64,000 nt of DNA, taken from contig CAVVVG010000007.1 of assembly GCA_963751615.1 (NCBI GenBank), positions 462,110-526,109 on the forward strand, written 5' to 3'. Source of the DNA: an uncultured Alphaproteobacteria bacterium (GTDB lineage: Bacteria; Pseudomonadota; Alphaproteobacteria; Rhizobiales; Xanthobacteraceae). The notes under the pieces are model-generated. The model saw nothing but the letters and a program-made list of their open reading frames with translations. It searched no databases and had not been told where the DNA came from. The position numbers were made by a program, and so were the translations under genes. Within the stretch, counting starts at the first letter, position 1. Each line of letters opens with the position of its first letter. Below are positions 16,751-26,361 of the stretch, piece after piece.

Positions 16751-19700
16751 TTATTCAGCCGCAACAGGCCGATGGCCGGTATCTTTCGGACCCAGTTCAG
16801 GCACGTCCTCGCCAACTGCTTTTGCAATTCGGCGGTCGTATTTGTCTAGATACAGATAAATCACTGGCGTGATATAGAGAGTGAGTAACTGCGATAGCAA
16901 CAGCCCGCCAACAACGGCCACACCGAGTGGTTGGCGCAATTCGGCGCCGGCGCCCGAGCCAAGGGCAATGGGCAATGAGCCGAAGATCGCGGCCAGCGTC
17001 GTCATCATGATCGGACGAAAGCGAAGGAGTGCTGCTTCACGGATCGCTTCAAGCGCCGCCATGCCCTGCCGTCGCCGATCGATTGCAAAATCGATCATCA
17101 TAATTGCGTTCTTCTTCACGATTCCGACCAGCATCACGATACCAATGATGGCAATGACCGAGAGATCCATTCTGAAAAGCAATAACGTCAGCAGCGCACC
17201 GATGCCTGCCGAAGGTAAGCCCGACAAAATCGTGATCGGATGAATGAAGCTTTCGTACAAAATACCGAGCACGATATAGATCACGAGGATCGCTGCGACG
17301 ATGAGCAGCGCCTGGTTGGAGAGTGAATCCCGGAACACGGCTGCCGTCCCTTGAAATCCAGTCGAGACGCTAGCAGCAAGGTTCGACTGGCGCTCGATCT
17401 GCTGAATTGCCTCCACTGCGTCGCCGAGCGCAACGCCCGGCTTGAGATTGAAGGAGATTGTAACTGAGGGAAGCTGCTGTAAATGGTTGATCTGCAAAGG
17501 TCCGATCGATTGCCGAATTTTCGCGATGGATTCGATTGGTACCAATCGACCAAATGAAGTACGGATGTATGTCTGCGTTAGATTTGAAGCATCTTTCTGA
17601 TAGCTCGGGTCGTTTTCGATAATGATCTGGTACTGGTTTGACGCGGTATAAAGCGTCGCGATTTGACGCGTCCCAAACTGGCTATACAGCGAGCTTCTTA
17701 CCTGATCCTCGGATAGTCCAAGTGCCGCCGCCTTGTCGCGGTCGACATCAATCGAAAGCTGAGGATTGGTGATCTGCAGGTCAGAGGTGACGTCGCGCAG
17801 AATTTCCAATTTGGAAATCTTATCGAGCATCTCCGGTGCGGCGCTATAAAGCGCATCAGTATTGGGGCTCAGCAACGTATATTGATACTGGCTCTTCGAG
17901 ACAGTTGCGCCGACGCTGATGTTCTGCACGGGCTGGAAAAATACATTGACGCCCGGTACACTTTGCACAATGCCGCGAAGACGCTGCACGAGGTCATTGG
18001 CGCTTAGGCCGCGCTCGTTTCTGGGTTTCAAGCCGACAAAAACGCGGCCGGTATTTCCGGTTGGGCTAATGCCGGTAGCCCCGGCAATAGAGACAACATA
18101 GGCTACCGCCGGGTCTTTGCGGATCTCAGCGGAAACTTCACGCTGGTGCGCGCGCATGGCGGGAAAGCCAATATCGGTGCGCGCCTCAGTCGTGCCAGAG
18201 ATGAAACCCGTATCTTCGACCGGGAAAAATCCTTTCGGCACCCACGCATATAATGTAACCGCCACGACAAGCGTCACCAGGGTTACGATGAGAGTCACGG
18301 GTCGGTGCGTCAGCACAACATCGAGCGTTCTGCGATAGCCCGCGAGACAAGCATCGAACGCGCTTTCGGACCAACGCAGGAGCGCGATCGGCCTTTTGTG
18401 GTGATCCGGTTGCTTCAAGATGCGCGCGCACAGCATCGGCGTCAGCGTCAACGAAACGAAACCCGAAACCAGAATGGCGATGGAGATTGTAACAGCGAAC
18501 TCACGGAAAACGCGCCCGACGATGCCGCTCATGAATAATACCGGAATGAATACGGCAACGAGCGACAGCGTCATCGAAACGATCGTAAAACTGATTTCCT
18601 TAGAACCCTCAATTGCTGCCTTGAACGGCGGCATGCCGCGCTCGACGTAACGATATATATTTTCAAGCACGACAATCGCGTCATCGACGACGAAGCCGAC
18701 GCACAGTGTGAGAGCGAGAAGCGTCATATTATTGATGGAGAATCCGAACAGCCACATGGCGCCGAAGGTCGCGACAATGGACAGTGGAAGCGCTAGCGAA
18801 GGAATGATGGTCGCCCGCGCATTACGAAGGAAGAGAAAAATAACGAATACGACGAGACAGACAGCAAGCCCAAGGGTGAATTGAACATCATTGACTGACT
18901 GTCGGATCGAAACCGAACGATCCATCAAGACTTCGATGTTCACCGCGCCAGGAACTTGCGCGCGATACTCCGGGAGATGACGCTTAACTAGGTCGACGAC
19001 CTCGACGGTGTTCGCGTCGGGTTGGCGATAAATCGCCAGATTGATAGAACGCGTATCATTGTACCAGCCGGCAATGCGCTCGTTCTCAACTCCATCGTCA
19101 ACGGTTGCAATCTCTTTTAGGCGAACAGGCGCACCATTTCTGTAGGCGACGACGACATCCTGAAATTTCGCGGCGCTTCTCGTCGCAAGCCCCATGTCAA
19201 GTGTGAGATTCTGCTGCTGACCACCGATAATGCCAGTCGGGGTGATTGATGAAACGCCCGCAACTGCGATCTGAACTTCTTGCAGTGAAATTCCACGCGC
19301 GGCGAGAGCGTCGGGTTTCAGACGAATGCGAACAGCGTATTTCTGGCCGCCGAAAATATTGACCTGAGCGACGCCGGGAAGCTGCGAAATCTGCTGCCCG
19401 ATGATCGTATCGGCGTACTCATTGACGGCCGAAAGAGGCAACGTATCGGACATTACCGTCAGGAAAAGGACTGGGGCGTCGGCGGGGTTCACTTTTTTGA
19501 AGCTCGGTGGCGTCGTCATTTCGATCGGCAGCTGTTTCTGAGCAACCGAAAGGGCTGACTGCACATCGAGCGCGGCGGCGTCGATGTTGCGGCTGAGATC
19601 GAATTGAATGATGATCGAGCCCGTTCCCGTCGTGCTCGACGACGCCATCGAGGAAATGCCGGCGATCGTGGCAAGCTGGCGTTCGATCGGTGTCGCGACC

Positions 19701-19885
19701 GACGCCGCCATCGTTTCTGGACTCGCGCCGGGAAATGTCATGGAAATCTGAATGGTCGGGAAATCGACGCGAGGAAGTGCTGCGACTGCAAGCAAGCGAT
19801 AACCGAAGATCCCTCCAATGATCAGCGATACCATCAGCAGCGTGGTCATCACCGGGCGACGGATGCAAAGCTCAGAAAGATTCAT
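16751..19885 (-). CDS. RND family efflux transporter, inner-membrane permease (AcrB/MdtC-like)
   Basis: 1044 aa, 12-TM RND architecture, N-terminus MNLSELCIRRPVMTTLLM. Confidence 0.95.
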   Translation of the reverse strand: MNLSELCIRRPVMTTLLMVSLIIGGIFGYRLLAVAALPRVDFPTIQISMTFPGASPETMAASVATPIERQLATIAGISSMASSSTTGTGSIIIQFDLSRNIDAAALDVQSALSVAQKQLPIEMTTPPSFKKVNPADAPVLFLTVMSDTLPLSAVNEYADTIIGQQISQLPGVAQVNIFGGQKYAVRIRLKPDALAARGISLQEVQIAVAGVSSITPTGIIGGQQQNLTLDMGLATRSAAKFQDVVVAYRNGAPVRLKEIATVDDGVENERIAGWYNDTRSINLAIYRQPDANTVEVVDLVKRHLPEYRAQVPGAVNIEVLMDRSVSIRQSVNDVQFTLGLAVCLVVFVIFLFLRNARATIIPSLALPLSIVATFGAMWLFGFSINNMTLLALTLCVGFVVDDAIVVLENIYRYVERGMPPFKAAIEGSKEISFTIVSMTLSLVAVFIPVLFMSGIVGRVFREFAVTISIAILVSGFVSLTLTPMLCARILKQPDHHKRPIALLRWSESAFDACLAGYRRTLDVVLTHRPVTLIVTLVTLVVAVTLYAWVPKGFFPVEDTGFISGTTEARTDIGFPAMRAHQREVSAEIRKDPAVAYVVSIAGATGISPTGNTGRVFVGLKPRNERGLSANDLVQRLRGIVQSVPGVNVFFQPVQNISVGATVSKSQYQYTLLSPNTDALYSAAPEMLDKISKLEILRDVTSDLQITNPQLSIDVDRDKAAALGLSEDQVRSSLYSQFGTRQIATLYTASNQYQIIIENDPSYQKDASNLTQTYIRTSFGRLVPIESIAKIRQSIGPLQINHLQQLPSVTISFNLKPGVALGDAVEAIQQIERQSNLAASVSTGFQGTAAVFRDSLSNQALLIVAAILVIYIVLGILYESFIHPITILSGLPSAGIGALLTLLLFRMDLSVIAIIGIVMLVGIVKKNAIMMIDFAIDRRRQGMAALEAIREAALLRFRPIMMTTLAAIFGSLPIALGSGAGAELRQPLGVAVVGGLLLSQLLTLYITPVIYLYLDKYDRRIAKAVGEDVPELGPKDTGHRPVAAE

Positions 19886-19888
19886 GAC

Positions 19889-21100
19889 TTAGGCCCCTAC
19901 CGGGCGCCTGATATCGACGCGCGTACCGTCGCGCAGCGAAAGCTGCCCATCAGTGACCACAGTTTCGTTGCCGTTCAATCCGTCCGTCACCACCGCCTGC
20001 CCATCGATCGTGCGGGCAACCGTCACCTGTCGTACCTTCGCAGCGCCATTCTCGATAATGAAGACGAAGTTTCCGCGTTGGCTGTTTTGGACGGCCTCGC
20101 TCGGTACCGTGACAACGTTTTTATCTATGCGCAACGAGACACGCACGTTAGCGAGCGTGCCGGGCCATAGTTTCTCGTCTTTGTTCTCGAAAAGTGCGCG
20201 TACCAGAATTGTGCCAGTCTGCGGATCGACGGAATTCTCGATAAAGGCGACATTGCCGCCAGAAATCGTCGCGCCGTCTTGCAACGTAGCTTCGACGGTA
20301 GCGTTGCTGCCGGCGGCGCGCAAATCGGAGAGATAACGCTCCGGGATGCCAAAGGTGACATAAATCGGTGACATCTGGTTGACGGTCGCAAGTGGTGTGC
20401 CGTTATCGGCGGCGCGTACGACCGTACCAACGCGCACGCCGGCGATGCCGACACGCCCCGTCGCTGGCGACGCAATGTCATAATAAGTGCGTTGCGCCCG
20501 TAGATTTTCCAAATTGGCGGCGTCCTGCTTGACGGTTGCTGTCAGCATATCGACAGTCGTGCGCGCATCATCGAGCGTCACTTTCGAGGTCGTTCCTTTT
20601 GCGACGAGACCGGCGAAACGCTCCACATCGCGATTGGCCTTCACAAGCGAGGCCTGATCACGGACAAGTGTCGCTTCGGCTTGCTCGACCATTGCATCAA
20701 TGGCGCGTGAGTCGAGTTTGAAGAGAAGATCGCCTGCCTTTACCTGTGCACCATCCTCGAACGAAACCTTTTCAACCTGACTGTCGACGCGTGCACGGAT
20801 CGCAACGCTAACAGCCGGCTGCACGGAGCCTGGAGCTTCAACTCGGTACGGCAAATCCTTAATTACAGCCTTGCCAGTGGCAACGACGACAACGCGCTCG
20901 CGCGGCGGCTGAACGCCAGTACTCGCGCCGCCCGCGATCCACCAGCCAAGTAAGCCGACAAATGCCAGCAAACCAATCCCGATGATTGTGGAACGCCGGT
21001 CGAGTTTCCTAAGTTGCCTCAAATCTAGGTTCTTGAGATCAAACTTCTTGAGCGCTTTGGTAAGTTGCTTTCGCATCTCTAACTTCTGTGAAAACGGCAC
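19889..21100 (-). CDS. RND efflux periplasmic adaptor (membrane fusion protein)
   Basis: 403 aa with an N-terminal TM anchor and HlyD/MFP-like lipoyl and beta-barrel segments. It lies 3 nt upstream of the RND permease. Confidence 0.9.
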   Translation of the reverse strand: MPFSQKLEMRKQLTKALKKFDLKNLDLRQLRKLDRRSTIIGIGLLAFVGLLGWWIAGGASTGVQPPRERVVVVATGKAVIKDLPYRVEAPGSVQPAVSVAIRARVDSQVEKVSFEDGAQVKAGDLLFKLDSRAIDAMVEQAEATLVRDQASLVKANRDVERFAGLVAKGTTSKVTLDDARTTVDMLTATVKQDAANLENLRAQRTYYDIASPATGRVGIAGVRVGTVVRAADNGTPLATVNQMSPIYVTFGIPERYLSDLRAAGSNATVEATLQDGATISGGNVAFIENSVDPQTGTILVRALFENKDEKLWPGTLANVRVSLRIDKNVVTVPSEAVQNSQRGNFVFIIENGAAKVRQVTVARTIDGQAVVTDGLNGNETVVTDGQLSLRDGTRVDIRRPVGA

Positions 21101-21347
21101 ATACCAGCGGTTTCCGCTGGCGCCAACCTATACGTCCGGTCGGCCTTCGCCGGAATTAACATAGGCCTGGCCGTCGAACGACCTTGGCCCTGTGCACACA
21201 CCTACAGGCGGGGCGAAAACATAGCGAAAGGCCCTAATGGCGCTAAGTCTAGGGCATTTTAACCCCAGCAGCAGAATCCCTGCGGATTTTGCAGTGCACA
21301 CATCGAAATTGCGAGAAAACCTGATTAAGGCGGGCAGCCGATGGCTA

Positions 21348-21782
21348 TCAAACCTTCACGTCGAGAGCTAGCGAGATATCTTTAACACCGGCCAGCGCCT
21401 TGGATACCGGGCAGCCTTTCTTGGCACCCTCTGCGATCTCACGGACCTTTGCTGCGTCCATCCCCGGCACTTCGACTTTGCAGGTGAGCGCACTCCTGGT
21501 GATGTCAGCGCCCGCCGAGCCCATCACGACTTCAACTTCACAGCTCGTTTCGATCGATTTGGCAGCCATATTCGCTTTCATCAGCCCAAAACCGAAGGCC
21601 ATCGTGTAACAAGAGGCATGAGCCGCCGCGATCAGTTCTTCGGGAGTGGTTTCCTTCGTTCCACCCTGAAAGCGGCCTTTGGCGCTGTAAGGGGCGTCCT
21701 TAAACAGGCCGCTGCCGGCGGTGATTTTTCCGGTGCCCTCCGTCATCGAACCGGACCAACTGGCTTTTGCAGTGCTCTTCAT
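21348..21782 (-). CDS. OsmC family peroxiredoxin
   Basis: Both conserved cysteines are present (AAHASCYTMAF and KKGCPVSKAL). About 144 aa. Confidence 0.85.
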   Translation of the reverse strand: MKSTAKASWSGSMTEGTGKITAGSGLFKDAPYSAKGRFQGGTKETTPEELIAAAHASCYTMAFGFGLMKANMAAKSIETSCEVEVVMGSAGADITRSALTCKVEVPGMDAAKVREIAEGAKKGCPVSKALAGVKDISLALDVKV

Positions 21783-22011
21783 GACTTTCACCTTTCAATT
21801 TCGATCTCAAAGTACTCGATGGTTAGCTAAGCTTATCATCGCAAATATCCCCCGGCCATCCTACAGATTCGATTTGAAAGCGCGGTCTGAAACCGACCTG
21901 AGATCGTTTAAGACCGCTCTGATGGTTTTGGAGTATTATTTTCGTATCGGACGCGGGGCACTGATCAGCGGCGGCGCCCGCTTAATCCTCCACAGACATC
22001 TGCCGCTAATA

Positions 22012-22482
22012 TCAGTGCATTTGGCCGCCGCTCATATCCATCACGCCCATGCCTTCGACTGCGAATTCGACGTCGACCTTGCCCGCCTTTTCAAAAACGA
22101 GCGTGCCCTTGAAATGCCTTCCCTTAACAGGCGGCTGTTTCAGTTCGAGAAACATGATGTGATACCCGCCGGGTTCGAGCTTCACGCGTTGCCCAGGCGC
22201 GATTTCGATTCCCTTCTCCAGTTGACGCATCTTCATAACTCCGTTTTGCATTTTCATTTCGTGAATCTCGAAACCGCCGCTGATCTCTGATGAGCCGCCA
22301 ATCAGGCGATCCGGTGAGTTACCCTTATTTTCAATTACGGCGTAACCGCTAGCGATAGTCGCGCCTTTCGGCGTCTCACGCGACCAGGGATGGTCGATGT
22401 GGATCGAGCCGGAATCGGAATCGTGAGCGAAGGCTGTCGCAGCGGTAAGCGCGGCCACCGCGAGTATAAACATGAAACGCAT
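22012..22482 (-). CDS. Copper chaperone PCu(A)C (DUF461)
   Basis: Signal peptide plus the H(M)x10Mx21HxM copper motif (HEMKMQNGVMKM ... GGYHIMF). Confidence 0.85.
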   Translation of the reverse strand: MRFMFILAVAALTAATAFAHDSDSGSIHIDHPWSRETPKGATIASGYAVIENKGNSPDRLIGGSSEISGGFEIHEMKMQNGVMKMRQLEKGIEIAPGQRVKLEPGGYHIMFLELKQPPVKGRHFKGTLVFEKAGKVDVEFAVEGMGVMDMSGGQMH

Positions 22483-22555
22483 AGAGTCCTCCTGATGTGG
22501 GAAAAGCTAGGCCCTCAACGGCCGCTTCCTGTATTCGATCGAAATCCAGTGCTAG

Positions 22556-22909
22556 TCACACCTGCGCCGGAGGACCGCGGGCAGATAGACCGCCAAATGT
22601 ATCTGCCTGAATAAGGCCGATGATCTGTCCGCGCCAGGACACGAACGAAGATGCGGAAGGCGCCACAACTGTGGAAACTGGCAGAGCAAATCCTGCCATC
22701 GCAACCCCACACACCGTCAGACATGCGAGATCGTGATTTTCCCGTTGGGTCGGCATTCTGTCGTCGCCACCGGAACGCACCGACGAAATGCATATATTTG
22801 CCGCTGAATGCGCGGTTTGTCCCGCGACGACCGAACCTAGAAAGATCGCAAGCACCAGCCCATAGCCAGCAAAGAGCGCGATCAAGGGTCTTGCAAAATG
22901 ATAGATCAT
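22556..22909 (-). CDS. Hypothetical small membrane/secreted Cys-containing protein upstream of PCu(A)C (possibly DUF2946-like)
   Basis: MIYHFARPLIALFAGYGLVLAIFLG is a hydrophobic N-terminus, followed by cysteines (NICIS, LACLTVCG). It is co-directional with PCu(A)C, 73 nt upstream. The family call is a guess. Confidence 0.4.
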   Translation of the reverse strand: MIYHFARPLIALFAGYGLVLAIFLGSVVAGQTAHSAANICISSVRSGGDDRMPTQRENHDLACLTVCGVAMAGFALPVSTVVAPSASSFVSWRGQIIGLIQADTFGGLSARGPPAQV

Positions 22910-23013
22910 GATATTTGGCCAATTTATCGGACTTTCTAGCGCATTGCGGCGGCAGGCGCGAGGCATTACGTCATGCACGCGCCCATCAGCCTGGAATCAA
23001 CGAGTGTGTCATT

Positions 23014-23397
23014 ATGACCGACACCGAACAAAATAAGAAAAACGCGATCGCTTTCTATGAAATGATGTTCAACAAGTCACAGCCGATGGAAGCTGTGCGG
23101 CTGTACGTTGGGAAGAATTACATCCAGCACAATCCGATGGTCGAGGATGGCAAGGACGGCTTTATCCGCTATTTCACCCGGATGGCGAAGGAATATCCCG
23201 GCAAGAGCGTACAGATCCGGCGCGCGTTCGCGGAAGGGAATTTCGTCGTCTTGCACTGCTATCAAAAATGGCCCGGCGGCAAGGAATATGCCGGCATCGA
23301 TATCTTTCGGTTCGATGACGATGGTAAGATTGCCGAGCACTGGGACGTGCTGCAAGTTATTCCGAAGAAATCAGCGAACGAAAATACGATGTTCTAG
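23014..23397 (+). CDS. SnoaL-like / NTF2-fold protein
   Basis: [20 protein letters not shown]...YIQHNP...IAEHWDVLQ is typical of the SnoaL-like COG4922 family. Confidence 0.7.
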   Translation: MTDTEQNKKNAIAFYEMMFNKSQPMEAVRLYVGKNYIQHNPMVEDGKDGFIRYFTRMAKEYPGKSVQIRRAFAEGNFVVLHCYQKWPGGKEYAGIDIFRFDDDGKIAEHWDVLQVIPKKSANENTMF

Positions 23398-23506
23398 ACT
23401 ATTGCGCTTGCACGGGACGAGCCGCGGGCGTGATCGACGGCCGTGGGCTGCTTTCGGGCAGCGGACGATTGAAAAATATTGTGGAGAGATGTTGCAGGAT
23501 TGCTAC

Positions 23507-24112
23507 TCAATAGACACCCGGCAAAATCCTCGCTGTTCGTTGCATATAGGCGCGATATTCATCTCCAAACGCCTTCAGCATGAGTTGCTCTTCTTCGAAA
23601 ACACGGCCAAAAAACAACGTCCCGAAACCCACAATTCCGGCAAATCCTGCGATCCAGTTGGGTAAGAGGAGAGCCTGCGCAATCGCCCACAACCAGAATG
23701 CCGAATACATCGGATGTCGCACGAACGAATACACGCCGTTGGTTACGAGCCTATGATTCTCCCGGATATCAAGGCTAACCGACCAATTGCGGCCGAGATC
23801 CTTGTGCGTCCTGCGGAACAGCCACATTGAAGCGGCAAGCACGGCCGTGCCGAGCCAGGCCAGTAGAGGTTCAAACGGATAATCGGCGAAGCTCAAAATG
23901 CGAAAGCGCGGGCTCTCGAAATTCGTCACAATATAGATAAGCGGGATGATGCCGAGACCGGTCGCAGAAATCGCCATTAATACCGTTTCGCGAAAACCGC
24001 GCTGGCTGACAGTCACTGCTACCTTGCGCGCACGACGGCGCGCTGGATGTCGGATGATGAACCAGCTCACCATACCGATGACGAGGATGAACATGGCTGT
24101 AATGCGAGTCAT
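23507..24112 (-). CDS. Isoprenylcysteine carboxyl methyltransferase (ICMT/PEMT) family membrane methyltransferase
   Basis: 201 aa, multi-TM, with the C-terminal signature LVTNGVYSFVRHPMYSAFWLWAI...EEEQLMLKAFGDEYRAYMQRT. Confidence 0.8.
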   Translation of the reverse strand: MTRITAMFILVIGMVSWFIIRHPARRRARKVAVTVSQRGFRETVLMAISATGLGIIPLIYIVTNFESPRFRILSFADYPFEPLLAWLGTAVLAASMWLFRRTHKDLGRNWSVSLDIRENHRLVTNGVYSFVRHPMYSAFWLWAIAQALLLPNWIAGFAGIVGFGTLFFGRVFEEEQLMLKAFGDEYRAYMQRTARILPGVY

Positions 24113-24115
24113 TTC

Positions 24116-25348
24116 TTAACTTACCTTACCTGCAGCGCGCGATACCGGCGCAATAGAAGTCCCCGCATAAGCGCCGTCGGGAGCGAACAACTCCATAAGA
24201 CGATCACGCAAAACGACACGGTACTCGAGGGGCGCCGGGCCGCAGCAGATCTGCAGATAGTCGTAGAAGTAGCGAAGCTCGTTGCCCATTCCCCACTGGC
24301 GATGCAAGCGGAAGAAATTTCCCCAGAATCGCTTATACGTCGCAGGTGCAAGCATTTTACGCATACGTACTTTTTGTACGATTGGTTTTTTGCACTCGCC
24401 GAGCCCCATCGCTTCGACCGGGTTCGCTCCGTAAAAGCTAATGATATCCACAATCGCCTGGTAATCGATCCAGTTCAAATTTTTTGCATTCGCCACATGA
24501 TTCGTCGCGGCTCGAATCCATTTCGCTTTCGGGTGCAGCGCAATCTTGAGTAGCGAGGACCCCGTCGACATCAGCCAAAGCGCCGAGCCGTGTTTGCCGA
24601 GTTGTGGATCGAGGATTAGGGCGCGGTCGACGATCGCCATCATCCACGCGCACCCCAAGCTATGACCCGCAAGGACGATTTCGTCATACGAAGAATCGCG
24701 GGCGCGTTCGACCAGTTCGCGCGCGAAGCGGTCGATCCGTTCGTCAATTCCTGCCCTGGTCTGACGGATAAATTCACCGGCAAAAATCCAGTCGTCGAGC
24801 ATGTAATCAATCATGAGAAAGTTGCCGGGCCAGTAAAGCAGCCCCACAAAAGCGACAATCGAAATGAGCATCGTAACGATGCCGGGGAGCGGCAGGACAA
24901 AACGGGAAAATAAATATGGGATCAAAACCGAGGTCGCGATCAGGGTCGCAAGTAAGACGATTGGATAAATAAAGAATAAGAAGTAGCGAAAGCTCGTGCG
25001 CAAATACCGATAAGCAGTGCTGGAGAAGATAAAATCCACGAGCGTCGCAATTCCGCGTGGGACACGCTCCATTTTCGGGCGTGCAAAGTCGGCTGATACA
25101 AAATCATCCCAGCGCAGCAAACGGTAGTCCGTCTCGACCTGCCAATTCGGGCCCCGCGTATCGATCTTCCAACCTGCAAGCACCCCATCGTCGGAGGTGA
25201 TGAGCGGCGATACAATTGAAGTTACGTTCCAGGTGGTTTCGAAGCGCTTGAGTTCCCGCAGGGTGCGCTCCTGCCACCAGTCGGCGGCGATTGGCTCATA
25301 GCCGCCGACGCATAAGAGGCACCTCTTCTTGATGATTCCTGCTGTCAT
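24116..25348 (-). CDS. Membrane protein with C-terminal alpha/beta-hydrolase (lipase-like, GHSLG) domain, hypothetical
   Basis: 410 aa with two long hydrophobic spans (YFLFFIYPIVLLATLIATSVLIPYLF and IVTMLISIVAFVGLLYW) and the nucleophile elbow VLAGHSLGC. It lies 3 nt upstream of the ICMT-like gene. Confidence 0.6.
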   Translation of the reverse strand: MTAGIIKKRCLLCVGGYEPIAADWWQERTLRELKRFETTWNVTSIVSPLITSDDGVLAGWKIDTRGPNWQVETDYRLLRWDDFVSADFARPKMERVPRGIATLVDFIFSSTAYRYLRTSFRYFLFFIYPIVLLATLIATSVLIPYLFSRFVLPLPGIVTMLISIVAFVGLLYWPGNFLMIDYMLDDWIFAGEFIRQTRAGIDERIDRFARELVERARDSSYDEIVLAGHSLGCAWMMAIVDRALILDPQLGKHGSALWLMSTGSSLLKIALHPKAKWIRAATNHVANAKNLNWIDYQAIVDIISFYGANPVEAMGLGECKKPIVQKVRMRKMLAPATYKRFWGNFFRLHRQWGMGNELRYFYDYLQICCGPAPLEYRVVLRDRLMELFAPDGAYAGTSIAPVSRAAGKVS

Positions 25349-25598
25349 GACCCGTAATCGCGCACCGTCCCATAGCGGCCCTCATGCTCCCTAGGGAAAG
25401 GCGTCCGAATGTGCAAGTTCTTGGCCAAACACGGCCTTTCCCGGTCGCCAGGACGACATTCCCGGCATTGAAAGCCGCAGCCGCCTCCGCTATAGGAACC
25501 GCGAACCTTAGGCTGCAAGACGGCCGTGCCACCGGGCATTTAGGCCGCTGTGTCGCGCCGAAGTCCGTTATTCGGGGTTGCGCGACAGGAGAATCATA

Positions 25599-25880
25599 AT
25601 GGCTTCGACCTTTGATACGGTCGCGAATATCATCGCCGAGACCTGTGACATACCGCGCGACACGATCACGCCGGACAGCCACGCTATCGACGATCTCGGG
25701 ATCGACAGTCTCGACTTCCTCGACATCGCCTTCGCCATCGATAAGGCGTTCGGCATCAAGCTGCCGCTCGAGCAATGGACGCAGGAAGTAAACGAGGGTA
25801 AGGCGACGACCGAGGAATATTTCGTCCTCAAGAACCTCTGCGCGCGTATCGACGGATTGGTCGCCGCCAAAAGCGCCTGA
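25599..25880 (+). CDS. acpXL: Specialised acyl carrier protein of the VLCFA lipid A pathway
   Basis: Phosphopantetheine site [24 protein letters not shown], and first position in the conserved six-gene cluster. Confidence 0.85.
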   Translation: MASTFDTVANIIAETCDIPRDTITPDSHAIDDLGIDSLDFLDIAFAIDKAFGIKLPLEQWTQEVNEGKATTEEYFVLKNLCARIDGLVAAKSA

Positions 25881-25890
25881 AGTCGGCGCT

Positions 25891-26361
25891 ATGCGTCTCG
25901 AATATTTTCAAATGATCGACCGTTTCGTCGAGGTAAACCCCGGCGAGCGCAAAATCAAAGCCATTTGCAAGGTACCGATGGAGAGCCCCGTGTTTGAGGG
26001 GCACTTTCCCGGCTTTCCACTGATGCCCGGCGTGCTACTCGTCGAATGCATGGCGCAGACGACCGGCTGGCTCGTGAGTGTGCTCACCGGCTTCACCGGA
26101 CTTCCGCTTCTCGTCGGTGTCAAGAACGCAAAAATCAGAAGCATCGTGCTACCCGGAACGGAACTTACGTTCGACGGTCATATCACGCACGAAGGTTCTG
26201 GTTACGCCATGGCCGAAGCCAAGGGCGTCTCGAAAGAGGGGCCTGTGTGTGACGCGAGTCTTGTCTTCCGTCTCGCCCCTTATCCTGGCCCCGAATTTCG
26301 CAACGCCCTGATTGAGATGGGAAATAAAGTCGGTATTTCTGTCAAGGAATTCGTGAAATGA
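25891..26361 (+). CDS. fabZXL: 3-hydroxyacyl-ACP dehydratase (FabZ-like)
   Basis: FEGHFPGFPLMPGVLLVECMAQT hotdog dehydratase motif. Confidence 0.85.
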   Translation: MRLEYFQMIDRFVEVNPGERKIKAICKVPMESPVFEGHFPGFPLMPGVLLVECMAQTTGWLVSVLTGFTGLPLLVGVKNAKIRSIVLPGTELTFDGHITHEGSGYAMAEAKGVSKEGPVCDASLVFRLAPYPGPEFRNALIEMGNKVGISVKEFVK

